The notes beneath the pieces are model-generated. The model was given only the letters and a program-made list of their open reading frames with translations. It had not been told where the DNA came from and did not search any database. The position numbers were made by a program, and so were the translations under genes. From Callorhinchus milii (Eukaryota), in the NCBI RefSeq assembly GCF_018977255.1, contig NW_024704743.1:101434001-101498000 (forward strand): DNA of 64,000 nt. The letters run 5' to 3'. This document shows positions 26,620 to 39,583 of this stretch, piece after piece. Every line of letters begins with the position of its first letter. Within the stretch, counting starts at the first letter, position 1.

Positions 26620-27070
26620 AAAGCGCCATTATCTTGTATTTCCGATTGCGTACTGGAACCGGCTGAGTTAAGGAGATGTACCCTGGAACCATACTAAAAC
26701 CCCACTATCAATGATCGAAAACAACAATCGATTGAAAGCGGCCATTAAATCTCTTGGCCCAACTTTTTGTGCCAAAGTCGTGTTTAAATCTTTAGGAATA
26801 GATGGTAAAACACATTGTTTCTTAACAACCCATTTGACAACCAGCAATCTGTTGTGAAACATCACATTTGTTGTGAAACAATTTATCTTGTTATCTACTC
26901 TATCAATAGGGTGTACATGTGCTGCCCATATCAACTGGAGGATGCACTTTAAAGATGCCAAGGGATGTATATTATCAATGCTGTTACTGTCATGGGAGAG
27001 AAGAGTAAATCATTCATGGAATCTACCCTTGGGGCAAGACATTTTTTAAAGGAGTTATGTAGTGCAATTC
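26620..27070 (-). pseudogene. Ancient non-LTR retrotransposon RT fossil
   Basis: Minus frame open 27009-26668: DSNSIDNIHPLASLKCI (NYRPISLL-like)..IPKDLNTTL..DLMAAFN (DLSAAFD-like)..GVLVWFQ..RFQY, in canonical order. Confidence 0.5.
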
Positions 27071-27260
27071 TGTATGTGGGAGAAGTGGAAATTGAGAAGC
27101 TGGGAGATCCTTCTGAGGATAAAAGTTATAGCTTCTTTAGTCCAAGGACAGGAACACTATATCATTCTAAAGTTTCAAATCCTCAAGTTCCAACAATTAT
27201 CTAAAAACAGATGGGCCAATCCTTCTTCATTCCGCAGAAAGAAACTTTTAATGCAATAAG

Positions 27261-27740
27261 TCAGCCTGGCTCATTTGGTAGCACTCGCACCTCTTTGTCA
27301 GAAGGTTGTGAGTTCAAATCCCACATAGGGACTTGATTTCCCAATCTAGGGCTGACACTCCAAATCAGAGCTAGGCCCAATTCAGCACTGCACCATTAGA
27401 GGTGCCGTCTTTGGATGAGACGATAAACCAAAGTCCTGTTTGTTCAGATAGACGTTGAGGATTTGAAAAGAGAAGCAAGTTTCTCCAGGTGTCCTAACAA
27501 ACAATCCCCCAGATAAAATTGGCTGTTTGTGGGGCACTGTTGTATGCAAATGTTTTGCTGCGGTTGCTTACTAATACAATACAAAGTTACATTTATTTGG
27601 CACCTTTCATGCCACGGTAATCCCAAGGTAATTAAATACTAAATAATACACCTTGCAGTAAAACTTGTGAAGCACTTTGAGACATTGCCGCGATGTCAAA
27701 GGTGTTATAATAAATGTAAGGATTATTATTATTATTATAA
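27261..27740 (+). mobile_element. SINE family B, near full length
   Basis: TCAGCCTGGCTCATTTGGTAGCACTCGC head, B box GAGTTCAAATCC, core, (ATT)n tail. Confidence 0.78.
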
Positions 27741-28062
27741 TTCAAGTTTAAGCACAGTGGGGGAGGGGAGGTCTAAATCTGTGATAAAACTGCAAGGCTT
27801 CCCCATCAGGAATACAATCACTGTGAGAACAGGATCTGGGGGTATCCTGCCTCAGGAAGTTTGGAAGCTTGAGTGGCTAGATGTGAAAATAGTCATGCTG
27901 TCTTTCAATTTACCCAATTTAGGATGTTCTGCTGGATTTGCTATATATTTGCAGAACTTGGAACAATGGGATAAGAGTGATACATTGAGACTGGAAGTGT
28001 GAGAAAAGTCTGTGGCCAATTTTTCACTTAAAATCAGATCTCTAAAAGTGTGTCTTATCAGA

Positions 28063-28860
28063 TAATAATAATCCTTGCTTTTAATATACCATCTTTTGTA
28101 GGACATCTCAAAGAGCTTCACAGATTTATTTTAAAGTGTAGTGACTGTGTATTTTGTAGGAATTTGCATGCAGCAATAACTCACAAACAGCCATGAAGAG
28201 AATATTCATGTTATCTGGGGGATTGTGGACAGATAGTGTCAAGGAATTTTTAACGTTCATTTAAATAGGCAGATAGGACCTCAGTTTAATGTCTCATCTG
28301 AAGAATGGCATCTCCAACATTGTAGTGCTCCCCCAGGACTTAATTGGAGTGTCAGATTAGACTATGAGTGGAGTCCTGAAGCATTACTGATTAAAGCACT
28401 GGCCTTACAAGCGAGAGGACCTGGGTACGATTGAAATGTTAGGCAAGATTTTTACTTCACACATCTCTGTTTACCTAGCAGTAAGTAGGAACCCAGTTGT
28501 TAATCGATTGACGGATTACTTTTCTGGGGGTAATAATCCCTTCAAAAAATAAAATAATAAAAAAAAGGGTTATTCAATCCACAACTGTTTGTGGGACACG
28601 GCTCTGTGCCATTGGCTGCCGCGTTTCGCCCACAAAGTATACAGTCAATTCACTTTATTCTGTGAAGCGCTTTGAGATGTCTCCAAGACGTGATAAAGCA
28701 CTATATCAAATGCAAGGATTATTATTATAAGTGCTAAAGTGCTCTGAGACCCTACCCTGCGTGGAGGGCGCTATATAAGTGCAAGTTGTTGTTGCACAGT
28801 GGGATTTGAATCTACAGCTCTCTGACTCGGAGGTGTGAGTGCTACCAACTGAACCAATCA
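28063..28860 (-). mobile_element. SINE family B (minus) containing a nested family A SINE (28370-28728, +) and an L2 3' tip (~28736-28794, +)
   Basis: Family B sequence stops at ..AGACTATGAGT and its head resumes at GTGGGATTTGAATC after the two inserts. Confidence 0.75.
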
Positions 28861-29142
28861 CCTAATGAAGTTGCAGTGCCGTTAAAACAAATAATGACTG
28901 ATGGAACTACTAATAACGTCTATACTGTGACATGTGATGTGCTAATCACGATTAATAACTAGCACATGCTTAAGTGCTCCGAGATGCTACCCCTTGTGAT
29001 GGGAGCTATATAAATGGAGTTGTTGTTGTTGAGAAATACAATTGAATCAGTGAATGATTAAAGATTTGACTTCACCCCAACCCAAATTCTATGAGAGTAG
29101 CTGGGCCCAAAGCACAACCTGTACTTCATACTTTTCAGAATT

Positions 29143-29275
29143 AGATAAGCAGGGTGCATCTCTCCAGGGAGAGAATGAGCATTCCATTCCAGACACAGGG
29201 AAATTTCATACGTCATCAACTCTCAGTCTGGTTCGGATTCTCTTCCACACAGTGATGGGTTTCTGCATCTGTTGA
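29143..29275 (+). mobile_element. Family X 3' fragment
   Basis: GATAAGCAGGGTGCATCTCTCCAGGGAGAG..CATTCCATTCC..GTGATGGGTTTCTGCA matches the other copies. Confidence 0.65.
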
Positions 29276-29401
29276 TTAAGAAGGGAATAAAATGTTCTTT
29301 CAAATCCCAGGGTTAGGCACCGATTCCGAACAGGAATCAGAAACACAGAAACATAAAGATATTTTTTGGCCAATTTAGAGATGGTGGTGGCGGTGGGGGG
29401 G

Positions 29402-29484
29402 GCACCAGGTTACAATGGACATTTGCTTATTAAACCATTTCCCCACCATGGTTTAATAAGCAAATGTCCACTTTACCCTGGTGC
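29402..29484. repeat. 83-nt hairpin / inverted repeat (37-bp arms, 9-nt loop)
   Basis: Arms 29402-29438 and 29448-29484 pair at 34 of 37 positions; the inner 23 bp are perfect. Confidence 0.92.
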
Positions 29485-30095
29485 TAGATATGTATCCTAT
29501 TCTTGATGGCTCAGGGGCAAAGGTCAATGAGGTTCCTAGCACAGTTACATGGTGATCTCTGACAGCCCACTCCGAGCAGGAGGTTGAGGTGCACTTAATC
29601 TCCTGCTAATCTGCTTCTTAGCGAACTAGTAGTTAAACTCGTCTTGGTGCTTGGATGTCAGCTTTGGATTTGGAAAAGTCAATTTTTAACCAAATCAGAA
29701 ATTGGCATTGTTCTTGATTCTCAACTCTACAATAAATTATATAGTGAGGCAGCGAGACAAATAATTCCCAATTCCCGCCCTCCTATGATGTCAGTGGTGC
29801 TTACCTGTGAAGCGGCACTGAAACCCTGCAAACAGGATTGAACTTAAAGTCACTCAGACTGCCTCGGCTCCAAGATTGTGGCCATGTGTTAACAGGATGA
29901 ATCCATCCACCCCAGCTCGGGCGCCCAGCCAGCAGAGTTCACTGCTTCAAGACATCCTCCCAACATGAAAAGTGCTATATAAATGTAGCTCGTGTTGATC
30001 TGAAGTCCAGGTTGTGGGTGAGGAGTATTTAATTGTCTGGTTTTCATTTAAGGAACGTCTGGAAATAAAGTAACCTTTCATTATGTATTTAATAT

Positions 30096-30924
30096 AATAC
30101 AAAATTACATTTGTAAAGTGCCTTTCACTCTTGGAGGATGTCCCAAGGCGCTGAATAGTCAGAGATTAGGACCTGAGCGGGGGTGGGTGAGGTCGGTGTG
30201 GGGTTGGGATCAGGGAGGTTGGAGAGAAGAGAGGTTAGCCGAAGGCATGGTCGAAAAGGAGGATTCTTGAAACATGCCTTGAAGGAGGCAAGGGAGCAAG
30301 GTGAAAGGAATGTGCGAGGGAGTTCCAGAGGGTGGGGGCAGATAAGGCATTAGCAGGTCGGAGAGGTAGGAGGGGGGCAAGGCCATGGAGGGCCTTGAAG
30401 GTGAGGACAAGCATTTTGAACATGATCCTCTGAGGGATGGGGATCCAGTGGAGCCAGGCGAGGGTTGGTGTGATGGGGTTACGGAGCCTGGCGTGGGAGT
30501 AGACACAAGCTGCAGAGTTCTAGATGATCTGCAGCTTGTGGAGTGAAGAGTTGGGAAGGCTGACAAGCAGGGCATTGGCATAATTGAGCCTGGAAGTAAT
30601 GAAGGCATGTATGAGGGTTTCGGCAGCCTGAGGGGTGGCGGAGTCAGGCAACGTTGAGGAGGTGGGGGAAGGCAGAGCAGGTCATGGTACAGATGTGGGG
30701 GAGCAAGGACAGTTGAAGGTGGAACAAGACGACCAAGTTCCTGACTGGCTTAGTAAGGTGAAGTGTGCATCCGTGGATGCTGATGTTACCAGTGCCTGAG
30801 GTGTGGAGGTGCTGGCGTGAGCCAATCAGGAGGGCCTTGGTCTTGCTGACATTAACTGTAGAAAGTTGGCTCTCATCCAAGACTTGATGTCTGACATGCA
30901 GTCTGCCAGGAGATCAGTGGATTG
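30096..30924 (-). mobile_element. L2 LINE 3' fragment, diverged
   Basis: Minus frames LNVSKTKALLIGSRQ..PVRNL and FKMLVLTFKALHGLAP..LWNSL. L2 3' stem-loop at the left end. Confidence 0.88.
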
Positions 30925-31315
30925 CATCACAAGCGCTCCGGGACGCTGCCCTGCTCTAAGATTGCTATATAAATGCAAGTAGTGGTAGTTGTTGTTGTTG
31001 TATGAAACACCACAAATTTCACCCCAGAATATATTCGTGTTATGCAATCAATTTCAATGAGAAAACAAAACAAAAGGATACACTAATCTGCAAAAAGGTT
31101 CACGAATAGTGACTGAGAGTCCCCCATGGGGAAGCTTGAGTTGACCGGCAGAATGTCATTAACAAAATCCCATGTCTGGACTTTGATTTTATAATAATCA
31201 CAACACCTCAGTGGCATCAGTGTAGTATAACAGTGAAATGCATTATCCTAATGGACTAGTGTGCATATTTCAATAATACACCACCTGCTCTCCTTACAAA
31301 CAAGGAGAGCAGAGC

Positions 31316-31590
31316 AACAACAACAACTTGCACTTATATAGTGCCCTCCACTCAGGGTAGCGTCTCAGAGCGCTTAATAGTGGTGGAGCCTGACTCCGAG
31401 CTGGGGAGGCGGTGGGGAGGTTGCCGTAAGCACAGTTGAAGAGGAAGGTTTTCAGGCGGGACTTGAAAAGGGGAGAGGGGCCGGGCAAGGCGGAGGGATT
31501 GAGGGAGAATGTTCCAGAGTTTCGGGGAGTAATGGCTGAAAGCGCAACCTCTGCAGGGATTTGAACACGAGTGTGAGGATCTTGAAGTCG
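31316..31590 (-). mobile_element. L2 LINE 3' end (subfamily B tail)
   Basis: AFSHYSPKLWNILPQSLRLA; tail TCGGAGTCAGGCTCC..AAGCGCTCTGAGACGCTACCCTG..(TTG)n. Confidence 0.85.
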
Positions 31591-34500
31591 ATCTGACAAA
31601 TACACAGTCACTACACTTCACAATAATAAAATTGGTCACTCAGTCCATGGCTGTTTGTGGGACGTTGCTATGCGCAAATTGGCTGGCAGATTTGCCCACA
31701 GTCACACCAACTTTACAGTATTTTCTGTGAAGTGCTATGAAAGATTTTGATGACATGCTGTATCAGGGATTACGATTCTTAAAATCCTGTGAAGCACTTT
31801 GAGACATTTTGAAGAAATGTTAAGGTGCTATATCAAAGGCAAGGATTATTCTAATAGTGACTGAGAGTTACCAGCAGGGCAACCTACTTTCGGAGTGGAG
31901 AATCCACTGGTTGCTCATGACTCACTGCCTGTTACCAACAGAATTCCCCCCTTGTTAGTAAGTCACCTTTAGTTGTGAACCGCCATTCTTCCGACTGCAA
32001 TAAAGCTAAAATAAAATGTTTATGGGAAGTTTGCCCCATTTTCTGCTTCAAGAGGGTCAGTTGAGAGCCTTTAAATAGTGATTTTGTTAAACAAAGCACA
32101 TACAGTATAAGGTATAAGGCACGTAACTGTTTTTAAGGAAATGGTGGCTCCAACAGGTCTTCACTTGTGTGTCAGAGCTGCGCAATCTCTATGTAAAAGT
32201 CAGGGAGGCATAGCTTGTCATCATTTGTCCTTTTATCAGCTGGCCCTGGTCAGTGTCCTGCTGTAGAAGGCCGCAGTAATTTATGTCGAAGCTGTGTACA
32301 TTTACTTATCTCCAGTGCGGCTGGCTTTGCTGTGCAGTCAGTCTGGCTCCTCGGCAGGCTGCTAGACTCTTCCTGCCTGCAGGGATAAGTGGAAGCTGGC
32401 TGTTCTTCTGCTGCCAAGTTGCTAAGTCATAAGAAAAACAAGAGCAAAGAGAGCACTGACATGCAGAAGGCACTGCTATTACAGCAGCCTTGTGGTTACT
32501 AAGCTCTTGTAGTCACAGTTAAACATGCTTGACTTCTTAGGAGTCTGTCATTCACAAGAAAACACAATCATTCAGATATAAATTACTGCACCACAAAGTG
32601 GTTGGCATAAATTCAACATTTTTTGTACAAATAACATATATATTTTTTATCACATCTGCAGAATTTAACTCAGCAGCAACATGTTTAACTAATTTTAAAT
32701 TGAGCATTTCAAGCATATTTTCATAAAATAATGAATTTACTGTGGTTTATTGCATGCTTGTACCAGCTGAAGAGATGGTTCTCATATTCTACAGTAGTCA
32801 TTAGTCACAAATATCCTTCAGTATAAACTTTTTATTCTTTGGAGCTTTAAAGAGTGGTAATCTTTCGATAAAGTTTATAGCTGCTCATGTCATTTCCCAC
32901 AGAACCCATGGGAGTACATCTCGATAGGGTTAAATAACAGCAACATTACTGAACCTGGAAATGTAATAAGGGTAAGATCATGGAGAGATCAGCTGGATCT
33001 TTGTATATAAACGTGGAATAACATTGAAATCTCTCATGTTCAGAGCTGAGCAAGATCATAGTATTGTGGAGGAACAAATGGAAAAGCAAGTAACGAAAAG
33101 TGGTTTGACATTGTTACAACATATGTCATTTATTTGACAGTGGGAATTAAGATGGGGTATCTTTGCTTGCCAAGAAATCAGCAGCAAAAATGGTGCCTCA
33201 AACTAGGAAATCTTCATAAAATAAGTCTCCAGTAATGAACCTCATGCACATCACCCTCATGTGTGCCAGCCTAGCTCTATTGGTGGCATTCTTGCCTCAG
33301 GGTCAGAAGTTGTGAGTTATGGGCTCACATTGGGGACTCAGCTCACAGATGAAACTTACACTCCAAGAGAGTGTTGGGGAGGCATTGATTTTATTGTAGG
33401 AGATGTCATCCTTTGGATGAGATGGTAAAATGAAATCTTGTTATCTGTTCATTCCTCATGGCTTTATTGTGGAAATGAATTGAGCATAAAAATACTTACA
33501 GTTGTGAAACAGATCAGTGGTGGTTTGGGATAAATGCGTATCAAAGTCCATCCTTTTTTGAAGCAGAAATACAACAACTTGAAAGTGAACGACCCCCGCT
33601 GGGAAAAAAACAAGGGAAAAGTTTTGAAATGTCCATGTTTGGAAAGTAAATGCAAATGTTTAAACCAGAGATGCTCAAATTCACACTGAATAAATAAATA
33701 CTGTATAGAAAAAAGGTCCTGGATTTACAGTGCCTGAAAGACTCTTCAAAGGAATTAATGTTTTATCTCTGAATTCAGATCCATTTCTAGCTCCCAGACG
33801 GGGGTAGAGAGCCTCTGGGAGTTCTGGCAGGCAAATCAAACTCTAATTGCAGATGTGTTCCACACACACACAAAACTTACATCTTGATTAATCTGATACT
33901 TAACGCAGCAATCTTATTCTTGAGTGAGGCGCTGAATCGAAGGCACGTAATACTAATGGAAATGTTACATTGGTACAGGAGACAGATGTGTTCTGAAGGC
34001 TGGATTCAGATGCTGTGCTAGGCAATGCAGGAGAAACCTGGCATTATATGCTATGGTCTTCACTTGTTAGAACTCCTGTTGGTTGATAAGATCAAGCAAT
34101 TCTGCAAAATTATCGCATATGGCATATAAATGAATAAGGCACACCAAGCACATATGCACACCCAAGCTATATAATAATCCTTGTATTTGAAATAACGTCT
34201 GATCTTGTCATTGCGATGTCTCAAAGTGCTTCACAGGATTTTATTGTGAAGTGCCGTGATTTGTGTATTTGTACACAAACACGGCAGCCAATTTGCGTAC
34301 GGTGACATCCCACAAGTTATAGTCCAAGGCACCAGAATGTAACTGCTGGAGGTGTTACAAATATCAGATTTGTACTTCAAACAAGTCCAATGGAAAAATT
34401 ATTATATGTTATTGTTTAAACAAATACAGACAATCTTATTCTACTTAGTGGGGTTGAGAAAAGGTTCATTGGAGAAAACTCTGTGTAAATGGCATTTTCC

Positions 34501-35072
34501 ATCAGAAAAAGCCCTGAAACAAAATATAATGTGATGATCATCACAAGGTAGGACATTCTGCTCTTAGACATGTTTTAGTGATAACTGTTCCAAGGGGAAA
34601 TTCTCCTCCCCAAACTTTGTTTAAATGCTTCTCCCAAGAACCATTAAGCCACAGACATTACTTCTGTTCCTGTCATCCTGTCATTACACAAACAAGTCAT
34701 CTATTATTTTGATTAGGCGACGCACCCGGGTTCAGATTTACCTCTCAACAAAATTAGGGTCAATACTTCTAAATTATGAAACATAGCCAATTTCATAATG
34801 ATGTAGACCTATTTAAAATGATTCAATCCTGGAACCTTGTAGAGAAACCTGAAAATAACGTCTGCCAAGTCTCCCGCAGAGTTGTAGTTGTAGATCTTTA
34901 TTTTGGGGGGGAGGGGGAGATTGATCTCTATGTAGTGTGGGCTCAGATGGTCAGCAATGGGATTCACTGATAGTGGCTCAGAGCTAGCAATAAGGAACCC
35001 TAATAATAAGTGGCAACATGTCACAGAAAATCACAGGACCCCCACAGTCTACTTCTGGCCTGGCTGTGACAT

Positions 35073-35222
35073 ATCATAGAATCATAGAATTATACAGCAC
35101 AGAAGGAGGCCATTTGGCCCATCGTGTCTGTGCCAGCTCTTTGAAAAGAGCTATCCAAATCAATCCCATTCCCCCGTTTTCTCCCCATAGCCCTGTAAAC
35201 TTGTCCTCCCCAAATAATTATC
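35073..35222 (-). mobile_element. CR1 LINE 3' tip
   Basis: Closely matches 10085-10225, including the (ATTCTATG)n tail. Confidence 0.85.
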
Positions 35223-35519
35223 TAGTAGTACTAGTTACACATAGCAATTCTGAGTCGCTATACATGCATTCAATTACAAACTGCTGCTGTTTTAAATACC
35301 TCCCGCCTTGGTGTAAAAGCAGACAATGTTCCATTTAAATAGAAAGAGCTTTCTGATATTTAAAGAAAAAGGCGAAAGTCCAGCCAGTGAAACAACAAAC
35401 ACAATATTTCCTGACCAGTAACAGATTCCGTGCCATTTTCAATGGCTTGTATTGCAGTGAGGCATTGAATGGGGAAAGATCTATTATTTACCAGGGTTTT
35501 AGAAAAAAATCTTATAATA

Positions 35520-36100
35520 ATAATAATCATACAACCCTTGCATTTGATGCAGTGCCTTCACTGTCTCAAAGTACTTCACAGGATACACTGTAAAGTGGTG
35601 TGACTGTGTGCATTTTGTGGGTGAACACAGTAATCAATTAATACACAGTAATGTCCCACAAACAGTCATGAAGTGAATATAATAATAATAATCCTTGCAT
35701 TTAATACAGTATTCAATCACATTGGCGAGACAGCTCAAAGTGCTTCACAGGATATGCTGTAAAATGGAGTGACTGTTTAATTTGTGAGGAAAATGCGGCA
35801 GCACAGCAATGTCCCACAAACAGCCATGGAGTGAGTGAACAATTTTATTTTGGGGATTGTTGGCCAGAACATCGAGAAAAACTCCCTTCTCTTTTTGAAT
35901 AGTGCCATGGGATCTTTAACATCCACCTGAACAGCCAGACAGGACTTTAAACCAAGGGATGGTAATCTGATAATGAAACACACCCCCAGCACTGCATTGG
36001 AGTGTCATCTTAGACTATGTGATTCCAAGTCCAAACAGGTAATTTGAACCCAGAATCTTCTGGCACAGAGATGGGAGTCCTACCCTGAGCCTGGCTGACA
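35520..36100 (-). mobile_element. SINE family B with a preceding second tail fragment
   Basis: Two successive tails (35520, 35680), then reverse-complement core and head. Confidence 0.7.
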
Positions 36101-36685
36101 CATAAATTATACCCAATTTAATTTGGCTCATTGTGCGTGTGCTGGTGCTAGTTCCCCCAGTGGAACTATCTACTCTCATCCCATTTCGCTGTTCGCTACT
36201 CATAGCTTTCTTCATATTTATATTCATCTAATACCCTTTTAAGACATTGAATGCCCAGTAATTTGGTAGTGCTAGATCTGGACACTGCATGTTAAACTGT
36301 AAGTGTCCCCATCAGGGGTTGACTATGCTCCTGGGGCGGAAGAGGTGGTGGGGGATGGATCTTCTCGGAGCTTTGCTGTTTTCAAGGTCTGTGGAGCCAA
36401 CAACTGCTCTCCAAGAGTAGGATGTGAAGATCAATGACATGACACCAGTGAAATGTCATAACATCTGTCTATTGTCATCCGTTGGTTTCCCCCCTCTCCC
36501 CACCTACCACTTCCACCATTACAGTGAAGAATGTGACATTTGGGACCAATGGGCAGTGATCAAGGCCATTCTCTCTACCTACTCATCCTCCCAGCTGGGT
36601 CTCTGAAGAGCAAAATACCCATCAGGAATCGCACTCTGGCCCCTGCCCCCCCCACCCCCCATACATACACAACAACAACATTTGT

Positions 36686-37122
36686 ATCGAATTCAAGATC
36701 CTCACCCTCACCTACAAGGCCATTCACGGCCTTGCTCCCTCCTACCTCTCCGACCTACTATCCCCCTACCAACCCGCCCGTACCCTCCGTTCCTCTGGCT
36801 CCGGTCTCCTCCACAACCCCCGCCCCAACCACCCTACTATCGGTGGCCGGGCCTTCAGCCTCTCAGCCCCTAGGCTCTGGAACTCTATCCCCCAGTGCCT
36901 TCGCCGCCTCCTCCCTTTCCTCCTTCAAGGCCGGTCTCAAGACCTTTCTCTTTGACCGTGCCTTCAGCTCCCCTCTCAACTCTCTACCCCCTCCTCACTC
37001 CCTCCCTGCCCTCCCCTCACCATTTCCCCCTTGCTCGGGTCCTGACCCAACTGTACAGCGCCTTGGGACGTCCTCCCGACGTGAAAGGCACTCAATAAAT
37101 GGAATCTTGTTGTTTGTTGTTG
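36686..37122 (+). mobile_element. Young L2 3' fragment nested in the tail of an antisense L2 tip (36668-36687 and 37123-37213)
   Basis: Starts ATCGAATTCAAGATCCTC, ends (TTG)n. TSD TTGTAT at 36682-36687 and 37123-37128. Confidence 0.9.
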
Positions 37123-37631
37123 TTGTATAGCACCTTTCACATCAGGAGGATGTCCCAAGGCGCTGGACAATCAAGGATTTGGACTTGAGCAAGGGGTTGT
37201 GATCAGGAGAGGACATACACTCATACCAGTGCAGGAAGTGTGACTAGTGAACAATTGCGCAGGAGAAGCTCACAGTCGGGATATAACTAACATGAATGCA
37301 CTTCAGAACAAACCAGTCTCCCACTGGCAAAGGCAGATCAGATTTCAAGCAGAGCAGATTTACACAACAGACAAAAACAATAGGCAGGTCAGACTAACCC
37401 CTACATCAGAACAAAGGCAATTTTCTTTCGAAGCTATCACCCTGGTGAGCTGACTTTGGGATTCCTGATCCTGTTCACAGTGGGGTTCCAGGGATTTAGG
37501 CCTTCTTTCAGTGTTTGATAAATCTTATAGGGCTGGGCTTCTTGAAGAGTCCACAATGGATTTTTTTGAACCCCACTCTTCAGTTACCTAATCATTACCG
37601 AATCTAATTTAGTCACACTGAAGATAAGCAT

Positions 37632-37990
37632 ACTCATGTCCTGCTAACACTGCAGGCAAGAGCCTTAATGGATAGGGTGGTCCAAGCTTGGCAAGCAGCA
37701 GGAAAGCTTGCCAAACAGTGCTTTCAATGGCAAGCTATGAGGTTTTAGCTGGTTAAACTCTAGCAGTACCCCAATGCACACTCTGGGGTCTCCAAGCCTT
37801 GACTCTTGCCAAACTGTTAGCACTTCCAGGTAAGCAGGGTGCACCCTTCAGGGAGAGAGTGCAGTCCATTCCAAGCATGGGAATTTCCACATGTAGGTGG
37901 CATGCATGGAACTCTAAGTTTGGTTTGGATACACTCAAACATGGAGATAGGTTTCTGCATGCATCAGACACTGAGTTGATCAAACAAAAA
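37632..37990 (+). mobile_element. Family X copy
   Basis: Same core and A-rich 3' end as the 8717 and 42811 copies. Confidence 0.8.
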
Positions 37991-38450
37991 TCTTAGGTTG
38001 ACCCTTTGCACATAATACAGGCTGGCAGCCATCATTGGCTTCCTCTATGGTGGCACTTGGTAGAACTGGTTGGTTGGCAACCATGTAGGGCAACCCTCTG
38101 CAAAAATGTTACATGATTTTTTTTAAATTTACAGCTAATTTACAGCTTACAAATTTTTACAGCTAAACATTTTTGTGAAATGCCTCACAGCAAAAATGAA
38201 GAGTGAAACACGTTTTGTTACGGGTCATCATAAATTATATAACAAAAAAGGTCACTCCTTACAAATAGATAGAAACAAACTACTGTATTTGAAGACCAGT
38301 TTCTGTTAGATAAATTCTGTGCACAAGGCACATGAAAAGAAAAACACCAAGAGAACGTTTATACATATTGTTCACCTGTGAGTTAAAGTTCAGTGATCTA
38401 GAATTTTCTTTGGGAATAGAGGAATATGGGGTCTCCTTGGAGCTGAGCCA

Positions 38451-39019
38451 TTTTTGTTTTTGGTCAGCCAGGTGTCTGACACATACGGAAACACATCACT
38501 ATGCTTAAGATTAGGCAACCAAAATTCCTGAACCAGACAGGTCCACATTACTCCAACTCACTATTGATAAAAGACCAGACAGCTTGGCTCGTTGGCAGGA
38601 CATAGAGAGACATGCTGGTTATTGGGAGAAAGAATTGTTCCCACTCAGCTCCTGTTAACCTTACAGGCCAAAGTCTAATGGATAGGGTGGTCCTAGCTGG
38701 ACAAGCACCGGCAAAGCTTGCCAGTCAGTACTTTCAATGGCAAGTTGTACGGTTTCAGCTGGTTAGACTCCAACAGCACTCCAACACACACTCTGAGGTT
38801 CCCAAGCCTTGTCGCTCACCAACCTGTACCTAATACTCTCTGGAATTAGGTAAACAGAGTATCTTCCTCTGGAGAGAGAGAGTATGCATTCCATTTCAGA
38901 CACAGAGAAATTTCATGTTTACATGACCTACGTATATGGAACTCTCAGTCTGGTTTGGACATCCTCAAGTATAGTGATGAGTTTCTGCAGATATCAGTCA
39001 ACTGGTTGACCAAAAAAAA
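38451..39019 (+). mobile_element. Family X copy with an inverted copy of its own 3' end at the 5' side
   Basis: 38451-38520 is a diverged reverse complement of 38952-39019. The body from ~38524 aligns with the 42811 copy. Confidence 0.8.
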
Positions 39020-39103
39020 TGATACATCACTGCCAGTGCAAAGCCAATGTAATTTAAATCAATTGGTCAACTGTAGGTTCATGTGGAACAGTGACAGTCA
39101 ACC

Positions 39104-39322
39104 TCCGTCTCGCCCCTCCCTCGCCACCTTCAAGACCCACCTCAAGGCCCTCCTCTTAGACTGTGCTTTCGATCTCCCTGCTTCCCCCCTTGCCCTCCAC
39201 CCTCCCCCATCCCGATCCCCAGCTCAGATCCATAACTCTGTCTGTCCAGTGCCTTGGAACGTCCTCCTGACGTGAAAGGCGCTATACAAAAGTAATTTTG
39301 TTGTTTGTTGTTGTTGTTGTTG
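39104..39322 (+). mobile_element. L2 LINE 3' end
   Basis: SLATFKTHLKALLLDCAF, 3' stem-loop, (TTG)n tail. Confidence 0.85.
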
Positions 39323-39583
39323 TATAGTGTATAATGCTCTTTTATGGTATTGCTGCCAAGGGCATGGAGAGAAGTTACAGTGAGACAACCAGGAGACTAA
39401 ATTAATTTCTCTTTGGAGGGATGATTAAGAAATCTGGATGGCCACAATGCTGATTTGCCAGATTGTCACCCCAGGTTAATATATTCTCAGAGTTAGAATT
39501 ATGTACTCCCAGTTGCTGGAAATCAATTTCTTAATAAATAAAATTCTTTTACGAGATACCACAAAATTGACCCCCAATTCCTT

